This document shows, in pieces, positions 1-10,327 of a stretch of DNA of 64,000 nucleotides. The first letter of the stretch is position 1. Each line of letters opens with the position of its first letter. The DNA comes from Pseudomonadota bacterium (GTDB taxonomy: Bacteria > Pseudomonadota > Alphaproteobacteria > Acetobacterales > Acetobacteraceae). Both the position numbers and the translations under genes were made by a program. Under the pieces are notes generated by a model. It was not told the DNA's origin and searched no databases. It was given only the letters and a program-made list of their open reading frames with translations. Location: assembly GCA_021798915.1 (NCBI GenBank), contig JAJZBM010000010.1, positions 1,624 to 65,623 of the forward strand, in the 5' to 3' direction.

Positions 1-109
1 ACGAAGAGCGGCGGCAAGGCGGCGGCGGCGAAGGCGCCGAGGATCCCGGCCGCGAGCAGCGCCCGCCAGAAACGGCGCGGCACCGCCGCACCTGCCGCCG
101 CGCCGCGTC

Positions 110-1111
110 TCACCGTTCGACCGCTGCCTCCGGCGCGGCAACGACCCGTGCCTCCGGCACGATGACGACCCGTGCCTCCGGCACGATGCCGCCGGTCAGC
201 GCCGCGACGATGCATTCCGCCGCCATCACCCCCATGCGCTCGAACGCAAGTGGCGTCACCCCCGCGACGTGGGGTGTTGCGATCAGGCGTGGATGATCGC
301 GGAGCGCGGCATCGGCCGGCGGCGGCTCGTCCTCGAAAACGTCGAGAGCGGCGCCGGCGAGATGGCCGCGATCGAGCGCCTCACGCAGCGCCACTTCGTC
401 GATCAGCCCGCCGCGCGCGGTGTTGATGATGAAGGCGCCAGCGGGAAGCCGCGCGATCGCCGCTTCGTCGATCAGATGCCGCGTCTCCGGCAGCAACGGG
501 CAATGGAGGGAAAGGATATCGACCCCGGCGAGCAGGCTCGGCAGATCGGCGACCCGCTCGGCCCCATCGAGCGGCGCCGTGCCCGGGGTCTGGGCAAAAA
601 CCCGCATTCCGAAGGCCGCGGCGAGCCGCGCGACCTCGCGCCCGGTCGCCCCGAAGCCGATGAGGCCGAGCCGCTTGCCGGCGAGATCGCCGACCGCGCC
701 CGCCGCTCCCCGCCAGCCGCCCCCGGCGATCACAGCACTGAGCGGTTTCAATGCCTTGACCAGAGCGAGGATGAGGGCGAGCGTGTGCTCGGCAACCGCA
801 CGCGCATTCGAGCCCGGCGCGTTGGTGACCAGGATGCCGCGCGCCCGCGCCGCCGCGACATCGACCTCATCGACGCCGACCCCGTGGCGGGCAATGATCT
901 TGAGCTTCGGCGCCGCCGCCATCACCGTGGCATCGACGCGGCCCTGGCGGCAGAGGATGGCATCGGCGTCGATTTCCCGCGCCAGCGCCGCGATCGCCGC
1001 CGCGTCCGGATAGGGCGGCATCAGATGGACGGCGCAGCCCGCCGCCTCCAAGAGCGCCATTGCCGCCGGCGCGAGGCCGGGTGCGGTCATGATCACCTGA
1101 AAACGCGCCAT
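110..1111 (-). CDS. D-isomer-specific 2-hydroxyacid dehydrogenase family protein (NAD-binding)
   Basis: 333-aa ORF with GC3-rich frame. Rossmann segment GKRLGLIGFGATGREVARLAAAFGMRV and the C-terminal pattern NTARGGLIDE...LDVFEDEP...P.LIATPHVAG are typical of the family. Confidence 0.85.
   Translation of the reverse strand: MARFQVIMTAPGLAPAAMALLEAAGCAVHLMPPYPDAAAIAALAREIDADAILCRQGRVDATVMAAAPKLKIIARHGVGVDEVDVAAARARGILVTNAPGSNARAVAEHTLALILALVKALKPLSAVIAGGGWRGAAGAVGDLAGKRLGLIGFGATGREVARLAAAFGMRVFAQTPGTAPLDGAERVADLPSLLAGVDILSLHCPLLPETRHLIDEAAIARLPAGAFIINTARGGLIDEVALREALDRGHLAGAALDVFEDEPPPADAALRDHPRLIATPHVAGVTPLAFERMGVMAAECIVAALTGGIVPEARVVIVPEARVVAAPEAAVER
141..188. repeat. Perfect 2 x 24-bp tandem duplication inside the 3' end of the dehydrogenase gene
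   Basis: 141-164 and 165-188 are both acgacccgtgcctccggcacgatg. This encodes IVPEARVV twice on the minus strand. Confidence 0.95.
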
Positions 1112-1128
1112 CGCCGGGTTTTTCGCTT

Positions 1129-1959
1129 TCAGGTCAGAGCGTCGCGCAATTGCCGCTCGTAATGGCGGTAATATTTATCGGTGACGAGATCGGTTTTCAC
1201 CAGCACGATGACATCGGTGGTGTTGAATTGGTCGTCGATCACTGCGCCGTCGCCGACGAAGCCGCCGAGGCGCAGATAGCCCTTGATCAGCGGCGGCAAT
1301 TGCGCGGCGATGCGGCGGGAATCGATCTCGCCGGCCGGCTGGCGACGCATCTCGATATGGCGATGGGGCAGGGCGCGCGGGCGCAGGGCCGGTGGCGCGA
1401 GGTGATTGTCATAGAGATAGGTCAGCTCGGCGCTCAGGTCTTCCGGTTCGGTGCCGGGCAGGCTTGCGCAACCGAACATCAGGTCGATCCGGTGAAGAAA
1501 CACGTAAGCGGCGATGCCGCGCCAGAGCAATTGCATCGCGGCGCTGCCGCGATAACCGGCATCGACGCAGGAGCGGCCCAATTCCAGAATATGCCCGGGA
1601 AAGGCGATCAGCCGACTGATATCGAACTCGCCTTCTGAATAGAACCCGCCCGCGGCGGCGGCGGCGGCGCGGGTGATCAGCCGGTAGGTGCCGACCACCC
1701 CCTCCGGCCCCGACCCGATGGCGTGATCGACGACGATGAGGTGATCGGCGACATCGTCGAAACGGTCGCGGTCGCGGTGGCGGGCGGCGATCTCGGGGGC
1801 GGGGCGGGCGCCCATTTCCTGGAAGAAGATACGAAAGCGGAGCGCCTCGACGGCGTCGATCTCGGCCGCGGTGCGGGCCAGCCGGACGCCGAGATGGCCG
1901 CTTCGGAGCTCGCCGAAACCATGAACGGGATCGCCGCGGACGGGGAAGGGCGCGGTCAT
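1129..1959 (-). CDS. olsB: Ornithine-acyl-ACP N-acyltransferase (ornithine lipid synthesis, GNAT/hemolysin-like)
   Basis: 276 aa. LGVRLARTAAEIDAVEALRFRIFFQEMGARP...DRFDDVADHLIVVD...VVGTYRL...GGFYSEGEFDIS...LELGRSCV...LLWRGIAAYV closely follows the rhizobial OlsB pattern as I recall it. Confidence 0.8.
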   Translation of the reverse strand: MTAPFPVRGDPVHGFGELRSGHLGVRLARTAAEIDAVEALRFRIFFQEMGARPAPEIAARHRDRDRFDDVADHLIVVDHAIGSGPEGVVGTYRLITRAAAAAAGGFYSEGEFDISRLIAFPGHILELGRSCVDAGYRGSAAMQLLWRGIAAYVFLHRIDLMFGCASLPGTEPEDLSAELTYLYDNHLAPPALRPRALPHRHIEMRRQPAGEIDSRRIAAQLPPLIKGYLRLGGFVGDGAVIDDQFNTTDVIVLVKTDLVTDKYYRHYERQLRDALT

Positions 1960-2411
1960 CGCCGGCCCTCGGCATCGGCGTGGCCGGCGGCCTCGCCCGG
2001 CCCGGTCGCGGCACGGCGGCCGAACAGTTCGAGACGCATCGAGACGAGATCGAAACCGAGCCGGCCGGCGAGGGCGTGCAGCATGGCCTCCAGAGCGGGA
2101 TCGGTGAACTCGATCACACGGCCGCTATCGGCGTCGATCAGGTGGTAATGGTGGCCATGCGCCGTTGCCTCGTAGCGGGCGCGGCCGCCGCCGAAATCGC
2201 GGCGCTCCAGGATGCCTTTCTCCTCGAGGAGACGCACCGTGCGATAGACGGTGGCGATCGAGATGCGGGCATCGAAAGCACTGGCGCGGCGATAGAGTTC
2301 CTCGACATCCGGATGGTCTTCCGCCTCGGAGAGGACACGCGCGATGATCCGCCTCTGGCCGGTCATTTTAAGGCGACGTTCGATACATAGGCGTTCGATA
2401 CGCGATTCCAT
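1956..2411 (-). CDS. fur: Fur-family metalloregulator (alphaproteobacterial Fur/Mur type)
   Basis: MTGQRRIIARVLSEAEDHPDVEELYRRA...ISIATVYRTVRLLEEKGIL...HHYHLIDADSGRVIEF matches the Fur/Mur pattern. Start set at internal Met (MESRIERL) because the upstream 39 codons look non-conserved. The stop overlaps the olsB start by 4 nt. Confidence 0.8.
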   Translation of the reverse strand: MESRIERLCIERRLKMTGQRRIIARVLSEAEDHPDVEELYRRASAFDARISIATVYRTVRLLEEKGILERRDFGGGRARYEATAHGHHYHLIDADSGRVIEFTDPALEAMLHALAGRLGFDLVSMRLELFGRRAATGPGEAAGHADAEGRR

Positions 2412-2659
2412 CGGTTCCTCGGTCACCCGCCACCTGGAAGCGGCCGCGCGAAACGGGCGGGCCGACCGGGCGCGAAACAGGATGCCGGAGAAGGGCTCCG
2501 GGTGTTCGGCCTTGGGTAGCCGATCCACCCCGCCCCTGTCGACCTCATCCTCGCGCCGGCGGCCTCATGCCCGGCTTGCGCCCCACCGCATGCGTTCGCG
2601 CCTTATGCCGGGACGGGAAGCGGGTCGGCAAGAGGCCTGCGCCACGCAAGACGGGCGTT

Positions 2660-3067
2660 TCAGCCCTGATCGCGCGCCTTGGTGCCGAGGCCGATCTTCT
2701 TGGCGAGGCTGGAGCGATGCTGGGCGTAGTTCGGCGCCACCATCGGGTAATCCTGCGGCAAATTCCAGCGTTCGCGATATTGCTCCGGGGTCATGCCATA
2801 TGAGGTCTTCAGGTGCCGGCGCAACATTTTGAGTTTCTTGCCGTCTTCCAAACAGACGATATAATCCGGCGCAATGGATTTCTTGATCGGCACCGCCGGT
2901 TGCAGCTTCTCGATCTCCGGCTGCTCCTTGCCGATATTGGTCAGCGTTTTATAGACCTCCTGAATCAAATTTGGCAGCATATCAACCGAAACCGAATTGT
3001 TGGTAACATGCGCCGAGACGATTCGCGCTGTCAGCTCCAGAACGCCGGGCTCAATTTTAGAATCCAT
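2660..3067 (-). CDS. mucR: MucR/Ros-family transcriptional regulator
   Basis: 135 aa. C-terminal DYIVCLEDGKKLKMLRRHLKTSYGMTPEQYRERWNLPQDYPMVAPNYA is the Ros/MucR DNA-binding domain signature. The gene sits in a locally lower-GC stretch. Confidence 0.9.
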   Translation of the reverse strand: MDSKIEPGVLELTARIVSAHVTNNSVSVDMLPNLIQEVYKTLTNIGKEQPEIEKLQPAVPIKKSIAPDYIVCLEDGKKLKMLRRHLKTSYGMTPEQYRERWNLPQDYPMVAPNYAQHRSSLAKKIGLGTKARDQG

Positions 3068-3108
3068 GGCAGATTTTCCCCTGGTTTGTAATTCTTTCTC
3101 CTATATAA

Positions 3109-3420
3109 ATGGTTTATCGATACTTCGCAATGGACATATTGGCGATGACTGAACAAAAAACGCCCCAAAACAATCCCACCCCCGATCATACCCTCGATAT
3201 CACGCGGGATCTTTGTCCCATGACGTTCGTCAGGACACGACTGGCGCTCGATCGCATGGCGGAAGGAGAGACGTTATTGGTGTTATTGAAGGGCGCTGAG
3301 CCGATCGCCAATGTTCCCCGCGCTGCGGCCGCGCTCGGGCATGGCATTTTCATCGAAACCGCGGATGAACAGGGAGTCGCGCGCGTTTTCATCAGGAAAG
3401 CCATGGCGTTTGGCGCATGA
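3109..3420 (+). CDS. TusA/SirA-like sulfurtransferase family protein
   Basis: LDITRDLCPMTFVRTRLALDRMAEGETLLVLL is the TusA-type Cys-Pro motif followed by an alpha/beta core. The start is uncertain, with ATGs at 3109, 3130 and 3145. Confidence 0.6.
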   Translation: MVYRYFAMDILAMTEQKTPQNNPTPDHTLDITRDLCPMTFVRTRLALDRMAEGETLLVLLKGAEPIANVPRAAAALGHGIFIETADEQGVARVFIRKAMAFGA

Positions 3421-3444
3421 GTTGGCCGGCTCGTCCCTGACCTC

Positions 3445-3942
3445 TCACCCCGATGCCGTTGCGGGCCGGCTGGCATCGAGCGCCGCCTGCAGGATATAGG
3501 CGGCGGCGGCCCGGTCGACGCTGGCGGCGCGTTTGCGGCGCGAGAGATCGGCCTCATCGATCAGCATCCGGTTGACGGCGGCGCTGGAGAGGCGCTCATC
3601 CCAGAAGGCGAGCGCGAGGGAGGCGGCCGCGGCCAAGGCGCGCGCCCAGTCCCGCGCCGCCTGCGCCGCCGGGCCCAGGCTGCCGTCGCGAGCAAGCGGC
3701 AGACCGGCGACCAGCCCGCCAACGCCCTCGCGCGCCGCGATCGCCGCGATCTCGGCGGCGTTGTCGGCCAGGCGCCGGCGCCGGAGACTGCCATAGGGCG
3801 AGGCGATCCGCAGCGTCACGTCCGAAAGCGCAAGGCCGATGGTTCGGCTGCCGGGATCGATGCCGAGCAACCGCGCGCCGGGCGCGAGGGCCGCGCGCAG
3901 TGCCCGGAGTTCGGCGAGCGGGTTCGGGTTGCTGCGCGCCAT
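3445..3942 (-). CDS. ruvX: Holliday-junction resolvase-like nuclease RuvX (YqgF)
   Basis: LLGIDPGSRTIGLALSD...GLVAGLPL..DGS.GP.AQ..R.WA..L and FWDERLSS match RuvX. Start moved to the internal Met (MARSNPNP) at 3942. Confidence 0.8.
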   Translation of the reverse strand: MARSNPNPLAELRALRAALAPGARLLGIDPGSRTIGLALSDVTLRIASPYGSLRRRRLADNAAEIAAIAAREGVGGLVAGLPLARDGSLGPAAQAARDWARALAAAASLALAFWDERLSSAAVNRMLIDEADLSRRKRAASVDRAAAAYILQAALDASRPATASG

Positions 3943-4008
3943 GGCGGCCGTTATGGTCCGCCACCGCGTTGAGACCAAGCCGGAATTGACCCAGAGAGAA
4001 TTTTTCCC

Positions 4009-4296
4009 ATGCCGCTCGACCCCGCGACCGTCCGTCGCATCGCCCATCTCGCCCGCATGCACATTGAAGACGATGACATCCCGCGTCTGCAAACCGAATT
4101 GAACGGCATCCTCGGCTGGGTCGAACAGCTCGGAGCGGTGAATGTCGAGGGGGTGAAACCGCTCACCGGCGCCGCCGACATGGCGTTGCGGATGCGCGAT
4201 GACGCGGTGACGGACGGCGATATCGCCGAGAAAATCCTCGCCAACGCGCCCGAGCGCGCCGGCGATTATTTCGTGGTGCCGAAGGTGGTGGAATGA
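4009..4296 (+). CDS. gatC: Asp/Glu-tRNA amidotransferase subunit C
   Basis: 95 aa with the [34 protein letters not shown] pattern. It overlaps gatA by 4 nt. Confidence 0.9.
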   Translation: MPLDPATVRRIAHLARMHIEDDDIPRLQTELNGILGWVEQLGAVNVEGVKPLTGAADMALRMRDDAVTDGDIAEKILANAPERAGDYFVVPKVVE

Positions 4297-5777
4297 GCCT
4301 CATCGATCTCACCCTCGCGCAAGCGCGCGCCGGCTTGCGCGCGAAGACATTCTCCGCCCGCGATCTGACCGCGGCGCATCTGGAAGCGATCACGGCTCTC
4401 AATCCGACCCTCAACGCCTTCATCACGGTCACGCCCGAGATTGCGCTGGCCGAGGCCGAAGCGGCGGACCGGGCGCTGGCCGCCGGCACGGCCGGCCCGC
4501 TCGCCGGGATTCCGCTGGCGATCAAGGATCTCTTCTGCACCGAGGGCGTGCGCACCACGGCGGCGAGCCTCATGCTGGAGACTTTCGTCCCGCCCTATGA
4601 AAGCACGGTGACGGCGAAGCTGCGCGACGCCGGTGCGGTGTTCGTCGGCAAAACCAATCTCGATGAATTCGCCATGGGGTCATCCAACCTGACCTCGGCC
4701 TATGGCGCGGTGACCAATCCCTGGAGACGCGCGGGCGATGACACGCCGCTGGTTCCCGGCGGCTCCTCCGGTGGCTCGGCCGCCGCGGTTGCGGCGCGGC
4801 TGGCGCTGGGCGCGACCGGCACCGACACCGGTGGCTCGATCCGCCAGCCGGCTTCGTTCTGCGGCATTGTCGGCATGAAGCCGAGCTATGGCCGCTGCTC
4901 ACGCTATGGCATCATCGCCTTTGCCTCGTCTCTCGATCAGGCCGGGCCGATGGCGCGGACGGTCGAGGATTGCGCGATCCTGCTCGGCGCCATGGCTGGC
5001 TTCGACCCGAAAGACAGCACCTCGGCCGACATCCCGGTGCCCGATTTCCAAGCCGCCTGCACGCGCGGCGTCAAAGGCTTACGGATCGGCGTGCCGCGCG
5101 AATACGCTGCCCCTGGTATGCCGGACGAGATCGCCGCCCTCTGGCACTTGGGGCGCGACATCCTCCGCGCCGCCGGCGCCGAGATCATCGACATCTCTCT
5201 TCCGCACACGGAATACGCCCTGCCGACCTATTACATCGTCGCCCCGGCGGAAGCATCCTCCAATCTCGCGCGTTATGACGGGGTGCGCTTCGGCCGGCGC
5301 GAGGACGGCGCCGATCTGATCGAGATGTATGAGCGCACCCGCGCCAAAGGCTTCGGCGATGAGGTCAAGCGGCGCATCCTGATCGGAACCTACGTGCTCT
5401 CGGCCGGGTATTACGACGCTTATTATCTTCGCGCGCAGAAAGTCCGCTCGCTCATTCTCGGCGATTTCACGACAGCCTTCGCCCGCTGTGACGCGATCCT
5501 GACGCCGACCGCACCCTCCGCCGCCTTCGCGCAGGGCGAAAAGATGGATGATCCGATCAAGATGTACCTCAACGACATCTACACCGTTCCGGCCAGCCTC
5601 GCCGGGCTGCCGGCGATGTCGGTGCCGGTCGGACAAAGCCAGGAGGGTCTGCCGCTCGGCTTGCAGATGATCGGCCGGCCGTTCGACGAGGAAACCGTGT
5701 TCGCGGTCGCGGCGGAAATCGAGAGAGCGGCGGGATTTTCGGCGCGGCCGGCGATCCGCGCGGGAGTCTCCGCATGA
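4293..5777 (+). CDS. gatA: Asp/Glu-tRNA amidotransferase subunit A
   Basis: 494 aa with amidase signature [12 protein letters not shown]...[15 protein letters not shown]. It overlaps gatB by 4 nt. Confidence 0.95.
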   Translation: MSLIDLTLAQARAGLRAKTFSARDLTAAHLEAITALNPTLNAFITVTPEIALAEAEAADRALAAGTAGPLAGIPLAIKDLFCTEGVRTTAASLMLETFVPPYESTVTAKLRDAGAVFVGKTNLDEFAMGSSNLTSAYGAVTNPWRRAGDDTPLVPGGSSGGSAAAVAARLALGATGTDTGGSIRQPASFCGIVGMKPSYGRCSRYGIIAFASSLDQAGPMARTVEDCAILLGAMAGFDPKDSTSADIPVPDFQAACTRGVKGLRIGVPREYAAPGMPDEIAALWHLGRDILRAAGAEIIDISLPHTEYALPTYYIVAPAEASSNLARYDGVRFGRREDGADLIEMYERTRAKGFGDEVKRRILIGTYVLSAGYYDAYYLRAQKVRSLILGDFTTAFARCDAILTPTAPSAAFAQGEKMDDPIKMYLNDIYTVPASLAGLPAMSVPVGQSQEGLPLGLQMIGRPFDEETVFAVAAEIERAAGFSARPAIRAGVSA

Positions 5778-7225
5778 GTTACACGATCGAAGGTAAAACC
5801 GGCCCCTGGGAACTCGTCATCGGGCTCGAAGTTCATGCCCAGGTGATCTCGCGGGCGAAATTATTCAGCGGTGCCGCAACGGTTTTCGGCGCCGCGCCGA
5901 ACCATCAGGTAAGCTTCGTCGATGCCGCCTTTCCTGGCATGCTGCCGGTGATCAATCGCGAATGCGTCGCGCAAGCCATCCGCACCGGGCTCGGCCTCGA
6001 TGCCGAAATCCATCTCGAGAGCCGTTTCGACCGCAAAAATTATTTCTACGCCGATCTCCCGGCCGGCTATCAGATCAGCCAGTATCAGCACCCGATCGTC
6101 GGACGCGGGGTGATCGAGATCGAAGGCGCCGATGGAACGACTCGTACGATCGGCATCACCCGCCTTCACCTCGAACAGGATGCCGGCAAATCGCTGCACG
6201 ATCAGCATCCTGCCAAAACCTATATCGATCTCAACCGCGCCGGCGTCGCGCTGATGGAGATCGTGAGCGAGCCCGATCTCCGCAGCCCCGAGGAGGCCGG
6301 CGCTTATCTGCGCAAGCTTCGCACCATTCTACGCTATCTCGGCACCTGCGACGGCAATATGGACGAGGGCTCGATGCGCGCCGACGTCAATGTCTCGGTG
6401 CGCAAGGCGGGGGAGGCGTTCCGCACCCGTTGCGAGGTCAAAAACGTCAACTCGGTGCGTTTCGTCATGCAGGCGATCGAGGCTGAGGCCAAACGCCAGA
6501 TCGCGGTCTGGGAAGAAGGCGGCGTGGTCTCGCAGGAAACCCGTCTCTTCGAGCCCGGGCGGGGCATTACGCGCAGCATGCGAAGCAAGGAAGACGCGCA
6601 TGACTATCGCTATTTCCCCGACCCTGATCTTCTGCCGCTGATCCTCGATCCCGCCTGGATCGAAACCTTGCGCGCCGATCTGCCGGAATTGCCGGACGCC
6701 AAGAAGCGGCGCTTCATGGCTGAATACGGGCTTCCCGCCTATGATGCCGGGGTGCTCGTCGCCGAGCAGGCGAGCGCCGCGTATTTCGAGGCGGTGGCGC
6801 GTGGACGCGATGGCAAATTCGCCGCCAACTGGGTGATCGGTGATTTGTTCGCGGCGTTGAACCGCACCGGGCGGTCGATCGAGACCTCGCCGGTCTCGCC
6901 CGCCGACCTCGGCGCCTTGCTCGATCTGATCACCGACGGCACGATCAATGGCCGCATCGCGAAAGACGTGTTCGAGGAGATGGTCGCGAGCGGCGAGGCG
7001 CCGGGCGCGATCGTTACGCGCAAAAATCTCCGCCAGGTGACCGATACCGGCGCGATCGAGCAAGCGGTCGCCGATGTGCTCGCCGCCAACCCCGACAAGG
7101 TCGCCGAATACAAGGCGGGGAAGGACAAGCTCTTCGGCTTCTTCGTCGGCCAGGTGATGAAGGCGATGGCCGGGAAAGGCAATCCCGCCCTCGTCAACGA
7201 TGTTTTGCGCCGCCATCTCGCCTGA
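5774..7225 (+). CDS. gatB: Asp/Glu-tRNA amidotransferase subunit B
   Basis: 483 aa. [13 protein letters not shown]...[25 protein letters not shown] and [13 protein letters not shown] match GatB. Confidence 0.95.
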   Translation: MSYTIEGKTGPWELVIGLEVHAQVISRAKLFSGAATVFGAAPNHQVSFVDAAFPGMLPVINRECVAQAIRTGLGLDAEIHLESRFDRKNYFYADLPAGYQISQYQHPIVGRGVIEIEGADGTTRTIGITRLHLEQDAGKSLHDQHPAKTYIDLNRAGVALMEIVSEPDLRSPEEAGAYLRKLRTILRYLGTCDGNMDEGSMRADVNVSVRKAGEAFRTRCEVKNVNSVRFVMQAIEAEAKRQIAVWEEGGVVSQETRLFEPGRGITRSMRSKEDAHDYRYFPDPDLLPLILDPAWIETLRADLPELPDAKKRRFMAEYGLPAYDAGVLVAEQASAAYFEAVARGRDGKFAANWVIGDLFAALNRTGRSIETSPVSPADLGALLDLITDGTINGRIAKDVFEEMVASGEAPGAIVTRKNLRQVTDTGAIEQAVADVLAANPDKVAEYKAGKDKLFGFFVGQVMKAMAGKGNPALVNDVLRRHLA

Positions 7226-7234
7226 CCCCCGAGC

Positions 7235-9049
7235 ATGGCGCGCGCCCCGAGGCTCGCCCTCCGCCTGATCGAGGCCATCGCCGCGGCGCTGGTCATCGCC
7301 GAAGTCGTGATTCTCTTCGCCGGCGTCGTCGCGCGCTATGTGTTCGCGGCGCCGTTATTGTGGTCGGACGAACTCGCCGGGGCGCTCTTTTTGTGGCTGG
7401 CGATGCTCGGCGCCGCGATCGCCCTCTGGCGGGGCGAGCATATGCGGCTTGCGACCCTGGTCAGGCTGGCCCCGGCGGCGTGGCGGGCGCGGCTCGACGC
7501 CTTGGCGAACGCCATCGTCATGGTGTTCGTGCTCGAAATCATCGGCCCCGCCTATGCCTATATGATCACCCAATGGCCGGTCAGCAGCCCGGCGCTGGAG
7601 TTTTCCGACGGGCTCCGCGTCGCCGCCCTCGTCGTCGGGGCAGGGCTGATGCTGCTGATCGCGGCGTTTCGCCTGTTCGATGCGAACGGTTTGCGTGGCG
7701 CCGCCGCCGCCCTTGCCATCACCGCCCTCATCGCCCTCGCGCTGCTTTCGCTGCATCCGCTGTTTGTCGCGCTCGGCAACTGGAATCTGGTGGTCTTCTT
7801 CGTCGGACTGGTGGCTTTCGCGGTCGCGATCGGGGTGCCGATCGCCTTTGCCTTCGGCACCGCAACCCTCAGCTATCTCGCGCTCACCACCCATATCCCG
7901 CTCGGCATCGTGGTCAGCCGGATGGATGGCGGCATGTCGGGGATGGTATTGCTTGCGGTGCCGCTGTTCATTTTTCTCGGGCTGCTGATCGAGATGACCG
8001 GGCTCGCGCGGGCGATGATCGATTTTCTCGCCGGCCTCCTCGGCCATGTTCGCGGCGGCCTCGCTTATGTGCTGATCGTCGCGATGTATCTGGTCTCGGG
8101 TATTTCCGGCTCGAAAGCCGCCGATATGGCAGCGGTGGCGCCGGCTTTGTTTCCGGAAATGCGGGCGCGCGGCGCGGCGCCGGGCCAACTCGTCGCCCTG
8201 CTCGCCGCGTCCGGCGCGATGGCCGAAACCATTCCGCCGAGCCTGGTTCTGATCACCATCGGCTCGGTCACCGGAATTTCCATCGCCGGCCTGTTCAATG
8301 GCGGCGTCCTACCCGCAGCGTTGGGCGCGCTCGGCCTCGCCCTGGTGGTGTTTTTCGAGGCCAGGCGGGCCCCTCTCACCGCCGTTCCCCGGGTGGCGCG
8401 GCGTGAGGTCGCGCGTCGTTTCCTGATCGCCTTGCCGGCGCTGGTGCTGCCATTCCTGATCCGGGCGGCGGTGGTGGACGGGATCGCGACCGCGACCGAG
8501 GTTTCCACCGTCGGCGTCGTCTATGTCGTCCTCGCCGGGCTCTTGTTTTATCGCCAGTTCGATTGGCGCCGGCTGGGCGCGGTGCTCGTCGAAACCGCCT
8601 CGCTCTCCGGGGCGATCCTGTTCATCATCGGCACCGCGACGGCGATGGGCTGGGCGCTGACGCAATCCGGCTTCGCCCGCGCGCTGGTCACCGCGGTGAG
8701 CGCGATGCCGGGCGGGCGGGCGGGATTTTTTGCCGCTTCCATCGCCGCCTTCGCGGTGCTGGGGTCGGTTCTGGAGGGGATTCCGGCGATCATCCTGTTC
8801 GGCCCGTTGCTTTTTCCCGCCGCCCGCGCGCTCCACATCGCTGAAATCCATTACGCCATCGTCGTCGTGCTGGCGATGGGGCTTGGTCTCTTCGCGCCGC
8901 CCTTCGGGGTGGGCTTTTATGCCGCCTGCGCGATTGGGAAAGTGTCTCCGGACGCGGCGCTTGCGCGCATCTGGACCTATCTCGGGGTCCTCCTGGTGGC
9001 GGTGGTTCTGGTCGCGGCGTTTCCGGCCCTCTCGCTCGGCTGGCCTTAG
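7235..9049 (+). CDS. TRAP transporter, fused small (DctQ-like) and large (DctM-like) permease
   Basis: 604-aa polytopic protein. The N-terminal ~160 aa are DctQ-like (LLWSDELAGALFLWLAMLGAAIALWRGEHMRL) and the rest is a DctM-like multi-TM domain. It starts 9 nt after the gatB stop, and no DctP solute-binding gene is adjacent. Confidence 0.8.
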   Translation: MARAPRLALRLIEAIAAALVIAEVVILFAGVVARYVFAAPLLWSDELAGALFLWLAMLGAAIALWRGEHMRLATLVRLAPAAWRARLDALANAIVMVFVLEIIGPAYAYMITQWPVSSPALEFSDGLRVAALVVGAGLMLLIAAFRLFDANGLRGAAAALAITALIALALLSLHPLFVALGNWNLVVFFVGLVAFAVAIGVPIAFAFGTATLSYLALTTHIPLGIVVSRMDGGMSGMVLLAVPLFIFLGLLIEMTGLARAMIDFLAGLLGHVRGGLAYVLIVAMYLVSGISGSKAADMAAVAPALFPEMRARGAAPGQLVALLAASGAMAETIPPSLVLITIGSVTGISIAGLFNGGVLPAALGALGLALVVFFEARRAPLTAVPRVARREVARRFLIALPALVLPFLIRAAVVDGIATATEVSTVGVVYVVLAGLLFYRQFDWRRLGAVLVETASLSGAILFIIGTATAMGWALTQSGFARALVTAVSAMPGGRAGFFAASIAAFAVLGSVLEGIPAIILFGPLLFPAARALHIAEIHYAIVVVLAMGLGLFAPPFGVGFYAACAIGKVSPDAALARIWTYLGVLLVAVVLVAAFPALSLGWP

Positions 9050-9167
9050 CCTGCGCTCATCGCACAGCCCGGCCTTGCCGGGTGGCGGCCTTGCAGGATG
9101 GGTGGTTTGGCGTGAGGATGGCGGCATACGAAGAACGAGGCGCCCATGCGCCGGATGAGGTGAGGAT

Positions 9168-10316
9168 ATGCAGGCGTTCCGTTTCGATGCGATCGATCTG
9201 CCGCCGGAGGCCATCGCGGCGCGGGCACGGGTGCGCGCTTTTCTTGCCGAGGAGCAGAAGCGGCGCGATTTTGTCGCCTATCGCAATTCCTGGAACAGCT
9301 TCGATCCCGATTTCACCCGCCGCGCCGGCGCCGCCGGGTTCATTGGCGTGACCTGGCCCGGCGAATATGGCGGGGCGGCGCAATCGCCGCTGGTGCGTTT
9401 CGTGATCACCGCCGAGATGCTGGCCGCCGGCGCCCCGTGCGGCGCGCATTGGATCGCCGACCGCCAATCCGGGCCGCAGATTCTGCGCAACGGCTCCGAG
9501 CGCGCGCGGCGCGAGATCCTGCCGCGCATCGTCGCCGGGGAATGCTATTTCGCGATCGGCATGAGCGAGCCCAATTCCGGCTCCGATCTCGCCGCGGTGC
9601 GTACCAGCGCGGTCCGCAACGGTGATGAATGGGTGATCAACGGCCAGAAAATCTGGACCTCCAACGCCCATCGCGCCCATTACCTGATCGCGCTCACCCG
9701 CACCGGCGAGGCCGGGCCGGATCGCCATGGCGGGCTCACGCAATTCATCGTCGATCTCGCGCGCCCCGGCGTCACCGTGCGGCCGATCCGTAATCTGGCT
9801 GGCGGGCATGAGTTCAACGAGGTGTTTTTCGACGATTATCGCGTGCCCGACGATAGGCGCGTCGGCGGTGTCGGTGAGGGCTGGCGGATGGTGACCTCCG
9901 AACTCGCCTTCGAGCGTTCGGGGCCGGATCGTTTCCTCTCCGATTACCGGCTGCTGGTCGAACTGATCGAGCGGCTGCGCGACGCCCCCGATCCGCGCCA
10001 TGAAATCGTCATCGGCCGGCTGGTCGCTCACCTCGCGGCCCTTCTGCGCATGTCGACGGCGGTGGCCGGGCTGCTCGATCGCGGCGAAAATCCGGCGGTG
10101 GAAGCGGCCCTGGTCAAAGATGTCGGCACCGCGTTCGAGCGCGAAATTCCCGAACTCGCCCGGCTATTGGTGCCGAGCCAGCCAAGCTTCGACGCCGAGG
10201 ATCCCTTCTCGCAGGCGCTGGCGCAGGTCATGCTGCACGCGCCTTCGTTCACGCTGCGCGGCGGCACGCGCGAGATCCTGCGCGGGATGATCGCCCGCGG
10301 TCTTGGGCTGCGGTGA
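9168..10316 (+). CDS. Acyl-CoA dehydrogenase family protein (first of an adjacent pair)
   Basis: 382 aa. WPGEYGG, FAIGMSEPNSGSDLAAVRT, NGQKIWTSNAH and the C-terminal LRGGTREILRGMIARGL match the family. Confidence 0.85.
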   Translation: MQAFRFDAIDLPPEAIAARARVRAFLAEEQKRRDFVAYRNSWNSFDPDFTRRAGAAGFIGVTWPGEYGGAAQSPLVRFVITAEMLAAGAPCGAHWIADRQSGPQILRNGSERARREILPRIVAGECYFAIGMSEPNSGSDLAAVRTSAVRNGDEWVINGQKIWTSNAHRAHYLIALTRTGEAGPDRHGGLTQFIVDLARPGVTVRPIRNLAGGHEFNEVFFDDYRVPDDRRVGGVGEGWRMVTSELAFERSGPDRFLSDYRLLVELIERLRDAPDPRHEIVIGRLVAHLAALLRMSTAVAGLLDRGENPAVEAALVKDVGTAFEREIPELARLLVPSQPSFDAEDPFSQALAQVMLHAPSFTLRGGTREILRGMIARGLGLR

Positions 10317-10327
10317 GGAGGCAAGCG

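Noticed and set aside
1-83. A possible 5' end of a minus-strand gene (GTG at 83, translating VPRRFWRALLAAGILGAFAAAALPPLF, signal-peptide-like) running off the window
   Set aside because: Only about 27 codons are visible, so neither the start nor the function can be supported. It is not reported as a feature.
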